Assembly (NCBI GenBank): GCA_051745145.1
Contig: JBNJDT010000032.1
Location: 1-17,217, forward strand
Direction of reading: 5' to 3'
DNA: 17,217 nt
Source: Elusimicrobiota bacterium
GTDB taxonomy: Bacteria; CG03; SLGR01; JAGXOG01
Part shown: positions 16,940-17,217 of the stretch, piece by piece
Layout of the letters: each line of letters starts with the position of its first letter
How positions within the stretch are numbered: the stretch's first letter is position 1
Position numbers and translations under genes: made by a program
The notes under the pieces: model-generated
What the model was told of the DNA's origin: nothing
Database searches by the model: none
The model's input: only the letters and a program-made list of their open reading frames with translations

Positions 16940-17217
16940 AAATTTTTTTGACAGAAAGGCTGCCTGCTGGGACGATACTAAAGATCCCGGGGAACTAAAA
17001 AAAGTAAAAGAAATCCTTTCTGAGGTAAATATTAAAAGAGGAGAGAAACTCCTGGACGTTGGCTGCGGGACCGGATTTTTGTTGCCTGTTCTTCAAAAGA
17101 GGGCCGGAAAAGAGGGGGAAATTTACGCCCTGGATTTTTCAGAAAAAATGTTAAAAGAAGCCCGGAAAAAATTCGGGGATCAGTTTAAATATATTCACTC
17201 GGATGTTCAGGACATGG
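16926..17217 (+). CDS. Class I SAM-dependent methyltransferase (UbiE-like), 3'-truncated by the window edge
   Basis: Not in the ORF track. My translation from ATG 16926 gives MKEHRNFFDRKAACWDD...GEKLLDVGCGTGFLLP...IYALDFSEKMLKEARKK, with SAM motif I (LDVGCGTG) and motif II (ALDFS). It overlaps the permease stop. Confidence 0.9.
   Translation, partial: MKEHRNFFDRKAACWDDTKDPGELKKVKEILSEVNIKRGEKLLDVGCGTGFLLPVLQKRAGKEGEIYALDFSEKMLKEARKKFGDQFKYIHSDVQDM

Larger units (their letters stand above)
1..17217. repeat. Dispersed, highly iterated palindrome CCGG (often as CCCGG, CCGGG or ACCGG)
   Basis: Hand counts: 19 CCGG in 1-960, about 16 in the Lon gene (2.4 kb) and about 27 in the TonB receptor gene (1.8 kb), against roughly 1-2 per kb expected for DNA of about 40% GC. 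Confidence 0.8.

Noticed and set aside
1..17217. CRISPR array, tRNA/rRNA, IS element or prophage
   Set aside because: I saw no spaced direct repeats, RNA-gene signatures, transposase or integrase motifs. The CCGG repeats are irregularly dispersed inside coding sequence.

Overview
A gene-dense, AT-rich bacterial window from a diderm organism (it encodes TolC, a TonB-dependent receptor and a beta-barrel protein). It has 17 CDS, two of them truncated by the window edges. I found no RNA genes, CRISPR arrays or mobile elements. There are four blocks. (1) 1-4936 (+): a tightly coupled run of HAD phosphatase, flavodoxin, Fpg/Nei glycosylase, PfkB kinase, UvsE UV-damage endonuclease, an outer-membrane beta-barrel and a KptA/Tpt1 RNA 2'-phosphotransferase. 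(2) A LonC-like protease (+) converging on a DUF72 protein (-) that ends in a QxxLF clamp-binding-like motif. (3) A tolC-macA-macB type efflux operon preceded by an ECF-sigma-like promoter. (4) A TonB-dependent receptor, a ZnuABC/TroABC-family ABC transporter and a SAM methyltransferase, preceded by a NikR-like operator; the binding protein has an atypical Met/Cys/His motif, which suggests a nickel rather than zinc import system. Across all of this, the palindrome CCGG is strongly over-represented (hand count of 19 in the first 960 nt, against roughly 1-2 expected from composition). All assignments come from motif recognition by eye; no searches were run.
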